64,000 bases of DNA from an uncultured Chloroflexia bacterium (GTDB lineage: Bacteria; Chloroflexota; Limnocylindria; Limnocylindrales; CSP1-4). Location of the stretch: assembly GCA_963707215.1 (NCBI GenBank), contig CAVPPB010000003.1, positions 1,408,001 through 1,472,000 of the forward strand. Reading direction: 5' to 3'. Below the pieces are notes generated by a model. The model was not told where the DNA came from. It ran no database searches and was given only the letters and a program-made list of their open reading frames with translations. Positions 48,259-58,276 of this stretch are shown here, piece by piece (position 1 is the stretch's first letter; the number at the start of each line of letters is the position of its first letter). Made by a program: the position numbers and the translations under genes.

Positions 48259-49009
48259 ACCTGTCGCGCTCGCCCGACAACTGGTCGACTCGGTCCGATC
48301 CGGTCGCCTCGACGCCGTGGCCGCGACGGAGCTCGCTGCCCTCGACCCCGAGGCCCTCGCCGCGTCCCTCGCCGACGACACGACCCGCATCGCCTTCTGG
48401 GTCAACGTGTACAACGCCGTGGTCCGCGCGCAGCTCATGGCCGACCCGGCGGCCCTCCGGCGCCGGTGGCGGTTCTTCGCTCGACCGGCCATCGTCGTCG
48501 CCGGCCGCCGCCTGAGCCCGAACGCCATCGAGCACGGGATCCTGCGCCGTTCGGCCTTCCTTCTCGGGCTCGGCCACGTCCACAACCCCTGGGCGTCGCC
48601 CGACGAGCGCCGCTGGCGGGTCGATCGGGTCGATCCGCGGGTGCACTTCGCGCTCAACTGCGGCGCCCGCAGCTGCCCGCCCCTCGCGACCTGGGAGCCA
48701 GCTACCCTCGACGAGGATCTCGAGCGGGCCGCCCGCGCGTATCTGACCAACGAGTGCCAACGGACCGAGGGCGGGCGCGTGCTGGTGGTCCCTCGACTGC
48801 TCCTCTGGTACCGGGGCGACTTTGGTGGATCGACCGGCATCGTGCGCCTGCTGCGCCACCACGGGATCGTGGGGCCGGACGAGCGCCCGTCCCTCCGCTA
48901 CGGGACCTACGACTGGACTCCGGCACTGGACCCGCCGGTCGATCTCCCGGACTCGTCGCAGGGCGATCGCGATCGGCCCGCAACGGCCGATCCGTCGGTC
49001 ACATTCTAG
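48248..49009 (+). CDS. DUF547 domain protein
   Basis: AFWVNVYNA, IEHGILR, DPRVHFALNCGARSCP, WYRGDF, YDW. Confidence 0.9.
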   Translation: MSIEPVALARQLVDSVRSGRLDAVAATELAALDPEALAASLADDTTRIAFWVNVYNAVVRAQLMADPAALRRRWRFFARPAIVVAGRRLSPNAIEHGILRRSAFLLGLGHVHNPWASPDERRWRVDRVDPRVHFALNCGARSCPPLATWEPATLDEDLERAARAYLTNECQRTEGGRVLVVPRLLLWYRGDFGGSTGIVRLLRHHGIVGPDERPSLRYGTYDWTPALDPPVDLPDSSQGDRDRPATADPSVTF

Positions 49010-49165
49010 CCGCGCCCCTCCGGTGGATCCAGGGTCCACCGACTCCCGGGCGACTCGAGACGCCTTCACGACAGTGGGCCCATGAAGGACGCCACGGCCT
49101 CGCTGTCTCCCCCGCGCGGACCGGGGGACCGGGCGACGAGCACCCCGGCTCGGGGCCAGGCCGGG

Positions 49166-49552
49166 TCAGGCCCTGATCACCTCGAGCCCCGGCACATCGA
49201 TCAGGTCGTCGTCTTGAGTGACGAGCGGGACACCCAGCGCGATCGCGGTCGCGGCGATCCACGAATCGTTGACCCCCATCTGCCGGCCGAGGTCGCGGAG
49301 GGCGACCCGAAGGTGGGCCCAGGCGCCGGCCACGGCCTCGTCGATCGGCACGGGTGCGAGGACGAGCACGGCCGTCAAGGTGGCGAGTCGTCGGTCCCGC
49401 GTGGCCAGGTCGGTGGCAGCCAGGACGCCGGCGCGGAGCTCACCGACGGTGATCACCGAGACGGCGAGTCGATCCGGCAGCAGATCCGTCCTCAGCGGCC
49501 GACCGTCCTCCCTGGCGATGAAGATGCTCGTGTCGGCCAGGCCGGCGGTCAC
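49166..49552 (-). CDS. vapC: VapC PIN-domain toxin (VapC5-like)
   Basis: GLADTSIFIA, ELRAGVLAA, NDSWIAATA, VTQDDD; GTG start. Confidence 0.9.
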   Translation of the reverse strand: MTAGLADTSIFIAREDGRPLRTDLLPDRLAVSVITVGELRAGVLAATDLATRDRRLATLTAVLVLAPVPIDEAVAGAWAHLRVALRDLGRQMGVNDSWIAATAIALGVPLVTQDDDLIDVPGLEVIRA

Positions 49553-49872
49553 GGGATCGGCTCGTCGTCGGTGGTGCCCGGCGCGAGGTCGAGAAGCTCC
49601 GAGCGCAGGCCCGGATCGGCGCCGGCGCCGAGGATGTGCTTGGCGAAGTCCTCGCGCTCGATCCAGCGCGGTCGCTCGAGCGACGAACCCCCGGGCGGCG
49701 CCCTGAGGTCGCCGTCGGGCGCCGCGATGCGGGACTCGCCCACCCGGTGGCGTGCCGTCACGGCCTCGATGCCGGCCCGGATGAGCCGCGCCTCGCTTCG
49801 GCCCTCGACCTCGGCGGCCCGCGCCAGGGCAGCCTTCTGCTCGCTGGTGAGATAGACCGTCGTCTTCTCCAT
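49549..49872 (-). CDS. Antitoxin with RHH/CopG N-terminus
   Basis: MEKTTVYLTSEQKAALARAAEVEGRSEARLIRAGIE; C-terminus LRSELLDLAPGTTDD. Confidence 0.82.
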   Translation of the reverse strand: MEKTTVYLTSEQKAALARAAEVEGRSEARLIRAGIEAVTARHRVGESRIAAPDGDLRAPPGGSSLERPRWIEREDFAKHILGAGADPGLRSELLDLAPGTTDDEPIP

Positions 49873-50038
49873 GCCACCCATCATGCCATACATGGCTGGC
49901 GCAGTGGCTCGTGGTCGGATGCCCGCGACACCGAGCCGAAGACCGGCGCGCGCCGCCGTATCCTGACGCTCGACGCACGGCCGACCTGCCGGCCGATCGG
50001 CGCAGGATCCCCAAATCCAGCCGGAGGCTGAAGGGACC

Positions 50039-51328
50039 ATGATCCCGCCCATCCTGTTCATCGCGCTGGCGATCCTGGGCTACAGCCTCGTCTCGAAGCG
50101 ACTGGCCTCGACGATCGTCACCGCGCCGATCTTCTTCGCCGGGATCGGGCTGCTGGCGGGTCCCGTGGCGGGAGTCGTCGACGTCGGCACCGACGACACG
50201 CTGCTCGTCCTCCTGCTGGAGGCCGCCCTGGTCATGGTCCTCTTCGCCGACGCGCTCAACCTCGATCTGCGTCGCTGGACGAAGGAGCCGTCGCTGGCGG
50301 GCCGGCTGCTGGGGATCGGCCTGCCCCTGACGATGATCGCCGGAGCGATGGGGGCCGCGGTCGTCTTCCTGGGTCTCGCACCCTGGGAGGCCGCGCTGAT
50401 CGCCGTGATGCTCGCCCCGACGGATGCCGCCCTGGGCCAGGCGGTCGTGGCGAACCCCCGCGTCCCGGCGGTCATCCGCAACGCGCTCAATGTCGAGAGC
50501 GGCCTCAACGACGGCCTGGCTCTCCCGTTCCTGACCATCGCCCTGACCATCGGCCTCGTGGAGCTCGGAGCCGAGACCGAGATCGGCGCCGTCGAGACAC
50601 TCGTCCGGTCGCTCCTCGGCTCGACCGTCATCGGGGTGGGCGCCGGGATCGGCGGAGGCTTGCTCATCCGGGCGGCCGTCGGCCGCGGCTATGCCGCCCG
50701 GCAGACCGCCTCGACGTTCCTGGTGGCGCTCGCCGTGGCGTCGTTCATCGTCGCCGACGATCTCGGGGCCAGCGAATTCCTGGCCGCCTGGACGGCCGGG
50801 CTCGCGACCGGGTCGCTCATCCGGGGCCACTTCGGCGAGGACACCTTCCGGATCCCGGAGCAGCTCGCCGACGTCCTGGCCGCGATCGGCTTCCTCCTGC
50901 TGGGGGCGGCCCTGCTGGGACCGGTGCTCGCGGCCGCGACCCCACTGACGATCGCCTACGCCCTCCTCAGCTTGACGGTCATCCGGATGGTCCCGGTCGC
51001 CGTGGCGATGCTCCGGACCGGCTTCGCCCGACCGACGGTCCTGTACGTCGGCTGGTTCGGGCCGCGAGGGCTCGCCTCCATCGTCTTCGCCGGGGTGGTC
51101 GTCGAGGAGGCCATCCCGTCGGCCGAGGCGATCATCCAGGTCGTGCTGCTGACCGTGGCCCTCAGCCTCGTCCTCCACGGTGTGACGGCCGCCTGGGGCG
51201 CGCGCCGCTACGCGGCCTGGTTCGAGCGTGCCGCTGCGGCCGACCCGTCCATCCCTGAGGCTGCCGAGCTCCCGGAGCGTGGGCTGCGGGCCCGATCGGC
51301 GCCGACGCGCGGCGCCCACGGGGAGTAG
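50039..51328 (+). CDS. Cation:proton antiporter (NhaP/CPA1)
   Basis: LAPTDAALG, ESGLNDG, GWFGPRGLASIVF. Confidence 0.92.
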   Translation: MIPPILFIALAILGYSLVSKRLASTIVTAPIFFAGIGLLAGPVAGVVDVGTDDTLLVLLLEAALVMVLFADALNLDLRRWTKEPSLAGRLLGIGLPLTMIAGAMGAAVVFLGLAPWEAALIAVMLAPTDAALGQAVVANPRVPAVIRNALNVESGLNDGLALPFLTIALTIGLVELGAETEIGAVETLVRSLLGSTVIGVGAGIGGGLLIRAAVGRGYAARQTASTFLVALAVASFIVADDLGASEFLAAWTAGLATGSLIRGHFGEDTFRIPEQLADVLAAIGFLLLGAALLGPVLAAATPLTIAYALLSLTVIRMVPVAVAMLRTGFARPTVLYVGWFGPRGLASIVFAGVVVEEAIPSAEAIIQVVLLTVALSLVLHGVTAAWGARRYAAWFERAAAADPSIPEAAELPERGLRARSAPTRGAHGE

Positions 51329-51485
51329 TCAGGACACGGCAGGCGGAGGGTCGGTCCGGGTGGCCCATGACGGGCGGAGTCCGCCGCGCGACCGTCGGTG
51401 TGCCACGATGGCGGCGGCAATGCTTGTGTAGCGCTCGCTCGCGCCCGGGCGCGATGCCGAGCCGACAGGATGGAGGATCCGCGAC

Positions 51486-52991
51486 GTGCCGGACGGGAAA
51501 CCCAACATCGTCGTCTTCTGGGGCGATGACATCGGGATCACGAACCTCAGCTGCTACAGCGACGGCCTCATGGGCTACCGGACCCCGAACATCGACCGGG
51601 TCGCGGCCGAGGGCGTCCGATTCACCAATTCGTACGGGGAACAGAGCTGCACCGCCGGTCGGTCGGCCTTCATCACCGGCCAGAGCGTCTACCGGACGGG
51701 CCTGAGCAAGGTAGGGTTCCCCGGAGCGGCGATCGGCATGCCGGCCGAGGACCCGACCATCGCCGACCTCCTCAAGGTCCAGGGCTACGCCACCGGGCAG
51801 TTCGGCAAGAACCACCTGGGCGACCGGGATGAGCACCTGCCGACGAGACACGGCTTCGACGAGTTCTTCGGCAACCTCTACCACCTCAACGCGGAGGAGG
51901 AGCCGGAGCACCCGGACTACCCGGACCCGGAGCGGTATCCGAACTTCAAGGGCAACTACGGGCCCCGGGGCGTCCTGCGCTGCAGGGCGAAGCCTGACGG
52001 GACCCAGGAGATCGAGGACACGGGCCCGCTGACGAAGAAGCGGATGGAGACGATCGACGACGAGATCGTCGACGCCGCCATCGACTACATCGACCGACAG
52101 CATGCCGAGGGCGCGCCATTCTTCACCTGGATCAACACGACCCACATGCACTTCCGGACGCATCCGAAGCCCGAGAGCATCGGCCAGTCGGGCAAGTGGC
52201 AATCCGCGTACCACGACACGATGATCGACCACGATCGGCACGTGGGACGGGTGCTCGACAAGCTGGATGAGCTGGGCATCGCCGACGACACGATCTTCGT
52301 GTACTCGACCGACAACGGGCCCCACATGAACACCTGGCCCGACGGCGCCATGACGCCCTTCCGGTCCGAGAAGAACACCAACTGGGAGGGTGCGTTCCGC
52401 GTTCCCGAGATGGTCCGCTGGCCGGGCCACATCCCGGCCGGTGCCGTCCTCAACGGCATCGTCAGCCACATGGACTGGCTGCCGACCTTGCTGGCCGCGG
52501 CGGGCGAACCGGCGATCAAGGACAAGCTCCTCGACGGCTACGAGGCCGGCGACACGACCTTCAAGGTCCACCTCGACGGCTACGACCTGCTGCCGTACCT
52601 GACGGGCAAGGCCGACCAGAGCCCGCGGACCGAGTTCTTCTACTTCTCGGACGACGGGGACCTGGTGGCCATGCGCTATGACAACTGGAAGCTGGTGTTC
52701 ATGGAGCAGCGGCTGAGCGGGACCCTGCAGGTCTGGTTCGAACCCTTCGTGCCCCTCCGCGTCCCGCGGCTCTACAACCTCCGGACGGATCCGTTCGAGC
52801 GGGCGGACGTGACCTCGAACACCTACTGGGACTGGTTCATCGACCGCGCCTTCCTGGTCCTGCCCGCACAGAAGATCGTCGGCGACTTCCTGGGGACCTT
52901 CATCGAGTACCCGCCCCGGATGAAGGCCGCCAGCTTCACGATCGACCAGGTCCAGGCGCGCCTGGAGGCAGCGATCGGGGCCGGGCACTGA
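51486..52991 (+). CDS. Arylsulfatase (Cys-type, no signal peptide)
   Basis: PNIVVFWGDDIG, SCTAGRSAFITG, GKNHLG, STDNG, WEGAFRVP. Confidence 0.93.
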   Translation: MPDGKPNIVVFWGDDIGITNLSCYSDGLMGYRTPNIDRVAAEGVRFTNSYGEQSCTAGRSAFITGQSVYRTGLSKVGFPGAAIGMPAEDPTIADLLKVQGYATGQFGKNHLGDRDEHLPTRHGFDEFFGNLYHLNAEEEPEHPDYPDPERYPNFKGNYGPRGVLRCRAKPDGTQEIEDTGPLTKKRMETIDDEIVDAAIDYIDRQHAEGAPFFTWINTTHMHFRTHPKPESIGQSGKWQSAYHDTMIDHDRHVGRVLDKLDELGIADDTIFVYSTDNGPHMNTWPDGAMTPFRSEKNTNWEGAFRVPEMVRWPGHIPAGAVLNGIVSHMDWLPTLLAAAGEPAIKDKLLDGYEAGDTTFKVHLDGYDLLPYLTGKADQSPRTEFFYFSDDGDLVAMRYDNWKLVFMEQRLSGTLQVWFEPFVPLRVPRLYNLRTDPFERADVTSNTYWDWFIDRAFLVLPAQKIVGDFLGTFIEYPPRMKAASFTIDQVQARLEAAIGAGH

Positions 52992-53053
52992 GCCTGGACA
53001 TCGCCCGGGCCCCGAGCGGCCGGTCGAACCTGCCCGAGCCGGATCCCAGCGAG

Positions 53054-54463
53054 ATGACCGCGTCCCAGCCGGCGGCGCCGCCGCGCTTCCACGTGATGGC
53101 CAAGCCGACGGGGGCGATCTGCAACCTCGGCTGCTCGTACTGCTTCTTCCTCGACAAGGAGGCGCTCTACCCGGGCTCGACGTTCCGGATGTCGGACGAG
53201 GTCCTTGAGCGGTACGTGGAGCAGCTGATCGCATCGCACCGCTCCGACACGGTGACGTTCGCCTGGCAGGGCGGCGAGCCGACCCTGATGGGGCTCGACT
53301 TCTTCCGCCGGGCCGTGGAGCTCCAGGAGCGTCACCGTCGCCCCGGGATGACGATCGAGAACACCCTCCAGACGAACGGGACGCGCCTGGACGACGAATG
53401 GGCCGCCTTCCTCGCCGAGCACAGCTTCCTCATCGGCATCTCGATGGACGGGCCGCGCGAGCTCCACGACGGCAACCGGGTCGACAAGGGCGGCAAGCCG
53501 ACCTTCGACCAGGTCATGCGGGGGTTGCGGCTCCTCCAGGCGCACGAGGTCGAGTACAACGTCCTGACGACGGTCAACCGCCTCAACGGGGACTACCCGC
53601 TGGAGGTCTATCGCTTCCTGCGTGATGACGTCGGCACCGACTGGATGCAGTTCATCCCCGTCGTCGAGCGCCTCGACGAGGCCAGCCTCCCCGATCCGAT
53701 GCACGGCTCGGTCGCCTCTCCGCGATCCGTCGAGCCGGAGCAGTTCGGACGGTTCCTCATCGGCATCTTCGACGAGTGGGTCCGCCATGACGTCGGCCGG
53801 GTCTTCGTGCAGACGTTCGAGGCCGCGCTGCGGAACTTCTACGGGACAGCTGGGTCAGGCCTCTGCGTCTTCGACGAGACCTGCGGGGCCGGGCTGGCCC
53901 TGGAGCACACCGGCGACCTCTACTCGTGTGACCACTTCGTGGAGCCACAGCACCGGGTCGGCAACATCCGGGAGCTGCCGATGCTCGACCTGGTCGGCTC
54001 GCAACAGCAGCTCGCGTTCGGCGCCGCGAAGCGCGACACCCTGCCCCGGATGTGCCGGGAGTGCGACGTCCGCTTCGCCTGCCACGGCGAGTGCCCCAAA
54101 AACCGCTTCCTGACGACGCCCGACGGCGAGCCCGGTCTCAACTACCTGTGCGCCGGGTACATGGCCTTCTTCCGCCACATCGACCGGCCGGCGCGGATCA
54201 TCGTCCAGCTGCTCAAGACCGGCAGGGAGGCGTCGGAGGTGATGCCCCTCCTGGCCGGCCGGGACGCCGAGATCGCGGCAGCCGTGCTCGCCGCCGGTCG
54301 CAACGACCCATGTCCCTGCGGCAGCGGGCTCAAGGTGAAGCGCTGCCACGGCGAGACGTCGGAGGGCGCGCCGATCGACCTGTCCGGGATCCCGCTGGGG
54401 ACCCCGCGCCCGCCGGTCGGCCGACCAGGTACCGACGAGGCCGACGCGAGGGGCACGCCGTGA
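53054..54463 (+). CDS. Anaerobic sulfatase maturase (radical SAM/SPASM) with C-terminal SEC-C motif
   Basis: CNLGCSYC, WQGGEPTL, YSCDH, CRECDVRFACHGECP, GRNDPCPCGSGLKVKRCHG. Confidence 0.93.
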   Translation: MTASQPAAPPRFHVMAKPTGAICNLGCSYCFFLDKEALYPGSTFRMSDEVLERYVEQLIASHRSDTVTFAWQGGEPTLMGLDFFRRAVELQERHRRPGMTIENTLQTNGTRLDDEWAAFLAEHSFLIGISMDGPRELHDGNRVDKGGKPTFDQVMRGLRLLQAHEVEYNVLTTVNRLNGDYPLEVYRFLRDDVGTDWMQFIPVVERLDEASLPDPMHGSVASPRSVEPEQFGRFLIGIFDEWVRHDVGRVFVQTFEAALRNFYGTAGSGLCVFDETCGAGLALEHTGDLYSCDHFVEPQHRVGNIRELPMLDLVGSQQQLAFGAAKRDTLPRMCRECDVRFACHGECPKNRFLTTPDGEPGLNYLCAGYMAFFRHIDRPARIIVQLLKTGREASEVMPLLAGRDAEIAAAVLAAGRNDPCPCGSGLKVKRCHGETSEGAPIDLSGIPLGTPRPPVGRPGTDEADARGTP

Positions 54464-55146
54464 GCGCGCCGTCCGCCGGACCACGGCTGTCGACGGAGCC
54501 GGTGACGGAGGTCGGCAGACGCCTGACGACGGCCGCCGGGCTCGCCGGCCTCCTGTTCGCCGTCCTCTTCATCGGATCGTTCGCCCTCCTGCGGGTCGGC
54601 GTCCCGCCATCCGATGGAGCGGCGTTCGCGGATTGGTGGGAGGCCAACCGCCAGCGCGCCGCCGTCGGGACCTACCTGATCCCGTTCACCGGCATCGCCT
54701 TCCTGTGGTTCGTCGCCGCGGTCCGCCAGCGGATCGGCCGGCTCGAGGGACTCTTCTTCTCGACGATCTTCCTGGGCAGCGCCCTCCTCCTGGTGGCGAC
54801 GGTCTTCGTGACCGGCGCGGCCTCGGGCGCCACGATCGCCGCGGCGGACAGCCTCGACACCCGGCGCGCCGCGGAGGTGGCCGCGTTCAGCCACGCGTTC
54901 GCCTACGCGCTCTTCTTCGGCTTCACCGTGAAGATGGGAGCGATGTTCATGCTGGTCGTCGCGAGCATCGGACGCGGGACGACGGTGCTGCCGCGCTGGC
55001 TCGTCCTCCTGACGACCCTGCTCGGGATCGCCCTGCTCCTCGTCGTCGGCATCTGGGAGATCACCGCGCTCGTCTTCCCGGTCTGGGTCGCGGTCGTGAG
55101 CCTCATGATCATCCGGGCCAGCCTCGAGCGCGAGCAGGGCGGCTGA
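54460..55146 (+). CDS. Hypothetical membrane protein
   Basis: GTG start overlapping the anSME stop; YLIPFTGIAFLWF, LPRWL. Confidence 0.75.
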   Translation: MSAPSAGPRLSTEPVTEVGRRLTTAAGLAGLLFAVLFIGSFALLRVGVPPSDGAAFADWWEANRQRAAVGTYLIPFTGIAFLWFVAAVRQRIGRLEGLFFSTIFLGSALLLVATVFVTGAASGATIAAADSLDTRRAAEVAAFSHAFAYALFFGFTVKMGAMFMLVVASIGRGTTVLPRWLVLLTTLLGIALLLVVGIWEITALVFPVWVAVVSLMIIRASLEREQGG

Positions 55147-55208
55147 GGGAGCGAACGCCCGAGAGCCAACCGCAGCCGACGTCGCGGCCCGGTCGCGCCG
55201 CACGAGAA

Positions 55209-55239
55209 GAGGGCCCTCCGCTCCGGGCGGAGGGCCCTC
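55209..55239. terminator. Hairpin between convergent operons
   Basis: gagggccctccgc-tccgg-gcggagggccctc. Confidence 0.7.
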
Positions 55240-55271
55240 GATCGGCCGATGTCAGGTCGACGCTCGGTCGT

Positions 55272-56678
55272 CTACCAGGTGCACTCGTTGGGTGGATCGG
55301 CCGGGTCGCACTCGGCCTCGGTCTTGATCGCGTCGAGGATCTCGAGCCCCTTGTCGGCATCGAGGAGGACAGGATCGCCGAACGACCCATCCTCGTTGAA
55401 CTGGATGTACGACGGGGTGACGGCGTTCACGCCACCACTGGTGTACGTGCCGGGGCCCGTGACGCCTTCGTAGTCGACGTCCTTGCCCTCGCGGATCATC
55501 GCCAGGCAGTCGGCGTACGTGTAGCACGCCTCGCCGCCGTCGCCGACCTCGAACATGGCCGGAGCCCACGCACTCGCCTTGTACGAGCCGGCGGCCTCGA
55601 CGGCGAGCGCCGTCTGCACCAACAGGTCGTAGGTCGAGAAGGCATAGGGGTTGTACGCGTCATACGGCGGGCACTCGGCCACGCCCTCGGCGCAGCCGGT
55701 CTGGCCGTCCCACAGCGGCTGGAAGAACGCCCAGGCATCGTTCTCGGTATTCGGCGAGAAGGAGGCGAACCCGATGCCCTTCTGGGTCGCGATGGGCTCG
55801 TTGCCCAGCGATCCGATGAACTCGGCCTCGCTCCAGCCGGTCTCGCCGATCCAGTAGAGCGACAGGCCAGCCTCGGCCGCCGCCTTGATCAGGGTCGCGG
55901 ATTCCACCGAGCCAGCCTGGATGAGCACGGCGTCGGGGTCCAGCTCGGCGATCTTCTGGGCCTCGGCCCGGTAGGACGACTGCAGGGCCGGCGCGTCGAT
56001 CCGGGCCAGGACGTTGAGCCCGAGGATCTCGGCAGCCGTCTCGTTCGCATCCGCCGCGAGCTGGAAGCCCTCGACCTGGGTCGCGAAGATGACGACATCC
56101 GTGGCACCGATCTGCTCGGCGTACAGGCTGCCGTAGGTCCCCAGCGCCTCGTCGAGGCCCTGCGCCCGGAAGATCGGCTCACCGGCCTTGCCGCCGAGGT
56201 TGCCGGGGATGGCCCCGCCGTGGACCGACGGTCCGAGCGGGGAGTCGTTCTCCTGCCAGTACTCGATCATGTAGTCACGGTAGGTCCGGTACTGGTGAGC
56301 GATGCTCACCACGATCTCGGCGCCGTGCTGCTCGAGGCAGGTCTTCGCCGCCTGGCCTTCCATGCTGTCCCCGATGTCCTCGGAGATCAGCTCCCAGGTC
56401 CGGCCGAGCGGCGGGTCGGCGTTGATGACCTCATCGATCGGGAAACGCACGTCGTTCGTGAGGGACGGTCCGTACGACGCGAACTCGCCCGTGTAGTAGG
56501 CGAGCTCACAGACGACGACCGGCTCGGTCGACATCGACGGCTCGGCGCTGGCCGCCGCGCTCGGCTCGGCGCTCTCGCCCGGGGACTGGGTGGCGCCGCT
56601 GGTGCAGGCGGTGACCAGCAGGGCCAGTGCCGCGGTCAAGACCACGATGCGGCCCGGCTTCAGCAGATCGATTCTCAT
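55272..56678 (-). CDS. ABC transporter substrate-binding lipoprotein (LivK-like)
   Basis: Lipobox VTAC; YYTGEFASYG, YDLLV..ALA, VDYEGVTG. Confidence 0.85.
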   Translation of the reverse strand: MRIDLLKPGRIVVLTAALALLVTACTSGATQSPGESAEPSAAASAEPSMSTEPVVVCELAYYTGEFASYGPSLTNDVRFPIDEVINADPPLGRTWELISEDIGDSMEGQAAKTCLEQHGAEIVVSIAHQYRTYRDYMIEYWQENDSPLGPSVHGGAIPGNLGGKAGEPIFRAQGLDEALGTYGSLYAEQIGATDVVIFATQVEGFQLAADANETAAEILGLNVLARIDAPALQSSYRAEAQKIAELDPDAVLIQAGSVESATLIKAAAEAGLSLYWIGETGWSEAEFIGSLGNEPIATQKGIGFASFSPNTENDAWAFFQPLWDGQTGCAEGVAECPPYDAYNPYAFSTYDLLVQTALAVEAAGSYKASAWAPAMFEVGDGGEACYTYADCLAMIREGKDVDYEGVTGPGTYTSGGVNAVTPSYIQFNEDGSFGDPVLLDADKGLEILDAIKTEAECDPADPPNECTW

Positions 56679-56754
56679 CAGCGATCCTCCTCCTGTTCGG
56701 GATGCCTAGCCCTGGATAGCGGGCCGGGGCGGCCCGGGTTCGATTGACGAACGA

Positions 56755-57471
56755 TTAGATCCGGTAGGCCTCCTTCAACTGCTGGGTCGTCAGCTCGGCG
56801 GCATCCATGACCGCGAACGCCTCGCCGAGGCTCAGGACCATCACCCGGTCGGCCACCTGGAGCGCCTTCGTGGCGTTCTGCTCGGCGAGGACGATGGCGA
56901 CGCCCGCGGGTCTGATGGATCTCGGTGATCTTCTCGAAGAAGTGGTCGACGTACAGGGGGGAGAGCCCGGCCGTCGGCTCGTCGAGGAGCAGGATCCGGG
57001 GCTCCTGCATCAGGGCACGGCCGCAGGCCACCATCCTCGACTCGCCGCCGCTGAGCGTGCCGGCAGGCTGCCGCTGGAGGTCCTTCAGGGCCGGGAACAG
57101 CTCGAGTATCTCGGCGATGCGCTCGTCCCGCGGCCGTTGGCCGATCATCCCACCGACGCTCAGGTTCTCGAGGACCGTGAGGTTCGTGAAGACGCCCTTC
57201 TCCTGGGGCACGTAGCCGATGCCGCGGCCCGCCGTCTCATAGGGCGCCATGGCCGACACGTCCTCGCCCTGGAACCGGATCGCGCCGCCCATCGGCGGGA
57301 TGAGGCGGGCGAGCGTCGCCAGTAGCGTCGTCTTGCCGGCCCCGTTGGCGCCCAGAACCGCGAAGATCTCGTCGCCGACGGAGAAGTCGAGACCTTTCAG
57401 CACGGTCACGCCGTGGTAGCCGCTGCGCAGGCCCTGCACCTCGAGGTCGCGGAGGGGGATGGCTCAGACAT
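56755..57471 (-). CDS. Liv-type ABC ATP-binding protein (LivF-like, frameshifted)
   Basis: GANGAGKTT, LSGGESR, LLDEPTAGL, LAEQNA; indels near 57450 and 56908. Confidence 0.85.
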
Positions 57472-58276
57472 GGCCCTCTCCCAGGTAGCTCTCGACGACG
57501 GTGTGGTTCTCGCGGATCGACTGCGGGTCGCCCCGCAGGACGACCTTGCCCTCGGCCATGAAGTGGACGATCTCGCAGAGGTTCCAGATGACGTTGAGGT
57601 CGTGCTCGACGATCACGACCGAGGTGCCGGCCGCCGAGATCTCCTTGATCACGTCCATGACCTTCTCGGTGATCTCGTCGGGGAGGCCGGCGGTCGGCTC
57701 GTCGAGGAGCAGGAACGTGGGCTTCAGGAGCAGGCAGCGGACGATGTCGAGGAGCTTCTTCTCGCCCGCGGACATGGCGAAGCCGTCGGGGTCCTGGAAC
57801 CCGAAGTAGTCGAGGTAGCGACGGATCTCCGCTTCGTGGCGCTTGGAAGACCGGCTGCTCGCTGAACACCCGCGCCGGCGTGCTCGAACCGGGCCTCGGT
57901 GACCGAGAGGAGGGTCGAGTCCCAGATGGTCAGCTTGGGGAAGTCCATGATGACCTGGTTGCTCTTGACCACGCCGTGGTGCGACAGCTCGTGGGCAGGC
58001 GAGATCGGAGAGCACGACCGCCGACCCCGCCGGCGGCGCGAGGGTGATCGTTCCCCGGTCGAGCGGCGTCGAGTGCATGATCATCCGCATCAACGTCGTC
58101 TTGCCGGCGCCGTTCGGCCCGATCAGGCCCTCGATCGGCCGCTCGCCGAGGACGAGGTCGTCCACGTCCACGACCACTCGACCCGAGAAGCTCTTGACCG
58201 CGTTCTGGACCCGGATCCTGGGACGGGCCGACGACGCGGTTTCGACGACCGGGGTCCCGACCACGTCACTTGCCAT
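57464..58276 (-). CDS. Liv-type ABC ATP-binding protein (LivG-like, internal compensating frameshifts)
   Basis: GPNGAGKTT, SAGEKKLLD, LLDEPTAG, IVEHD, YLGE. Confidence 0.85.
   Translation of the reverse strand: MASDVVGTPVVETASSARPRIRVQNAVKSFSGRVVVDVDDLVLGERPIEGLIGPNGAGKTTLMRMIMHSTPLDRGTITLAPPAGSAVVLSDLACPRAVAPRRGQEQPGHHGLPQADHLGLDPPLGHRGPVRARRRGCSASSRSSKRHEAEIRRYLDYFGFQDPDGFAMSAGEKKLLDIVRCLLLKPTFLLLDEPTAGLPDEITEKVMDVIKEISAAGTSVVIVEHDLNVIWNLCEIVHFMAEGKVVLRGDPQSIRENHTVVESYLGEGHV

Noticed and set aside
740-56747. Long antisense or alternative-frame ORFs (e.g. 7255-10383, 2035-4092, 54633-56747)
   Set aside because: Shadow ORFs of real genes caused by stop-codon scarcity at high GC; no recognisable motifs.
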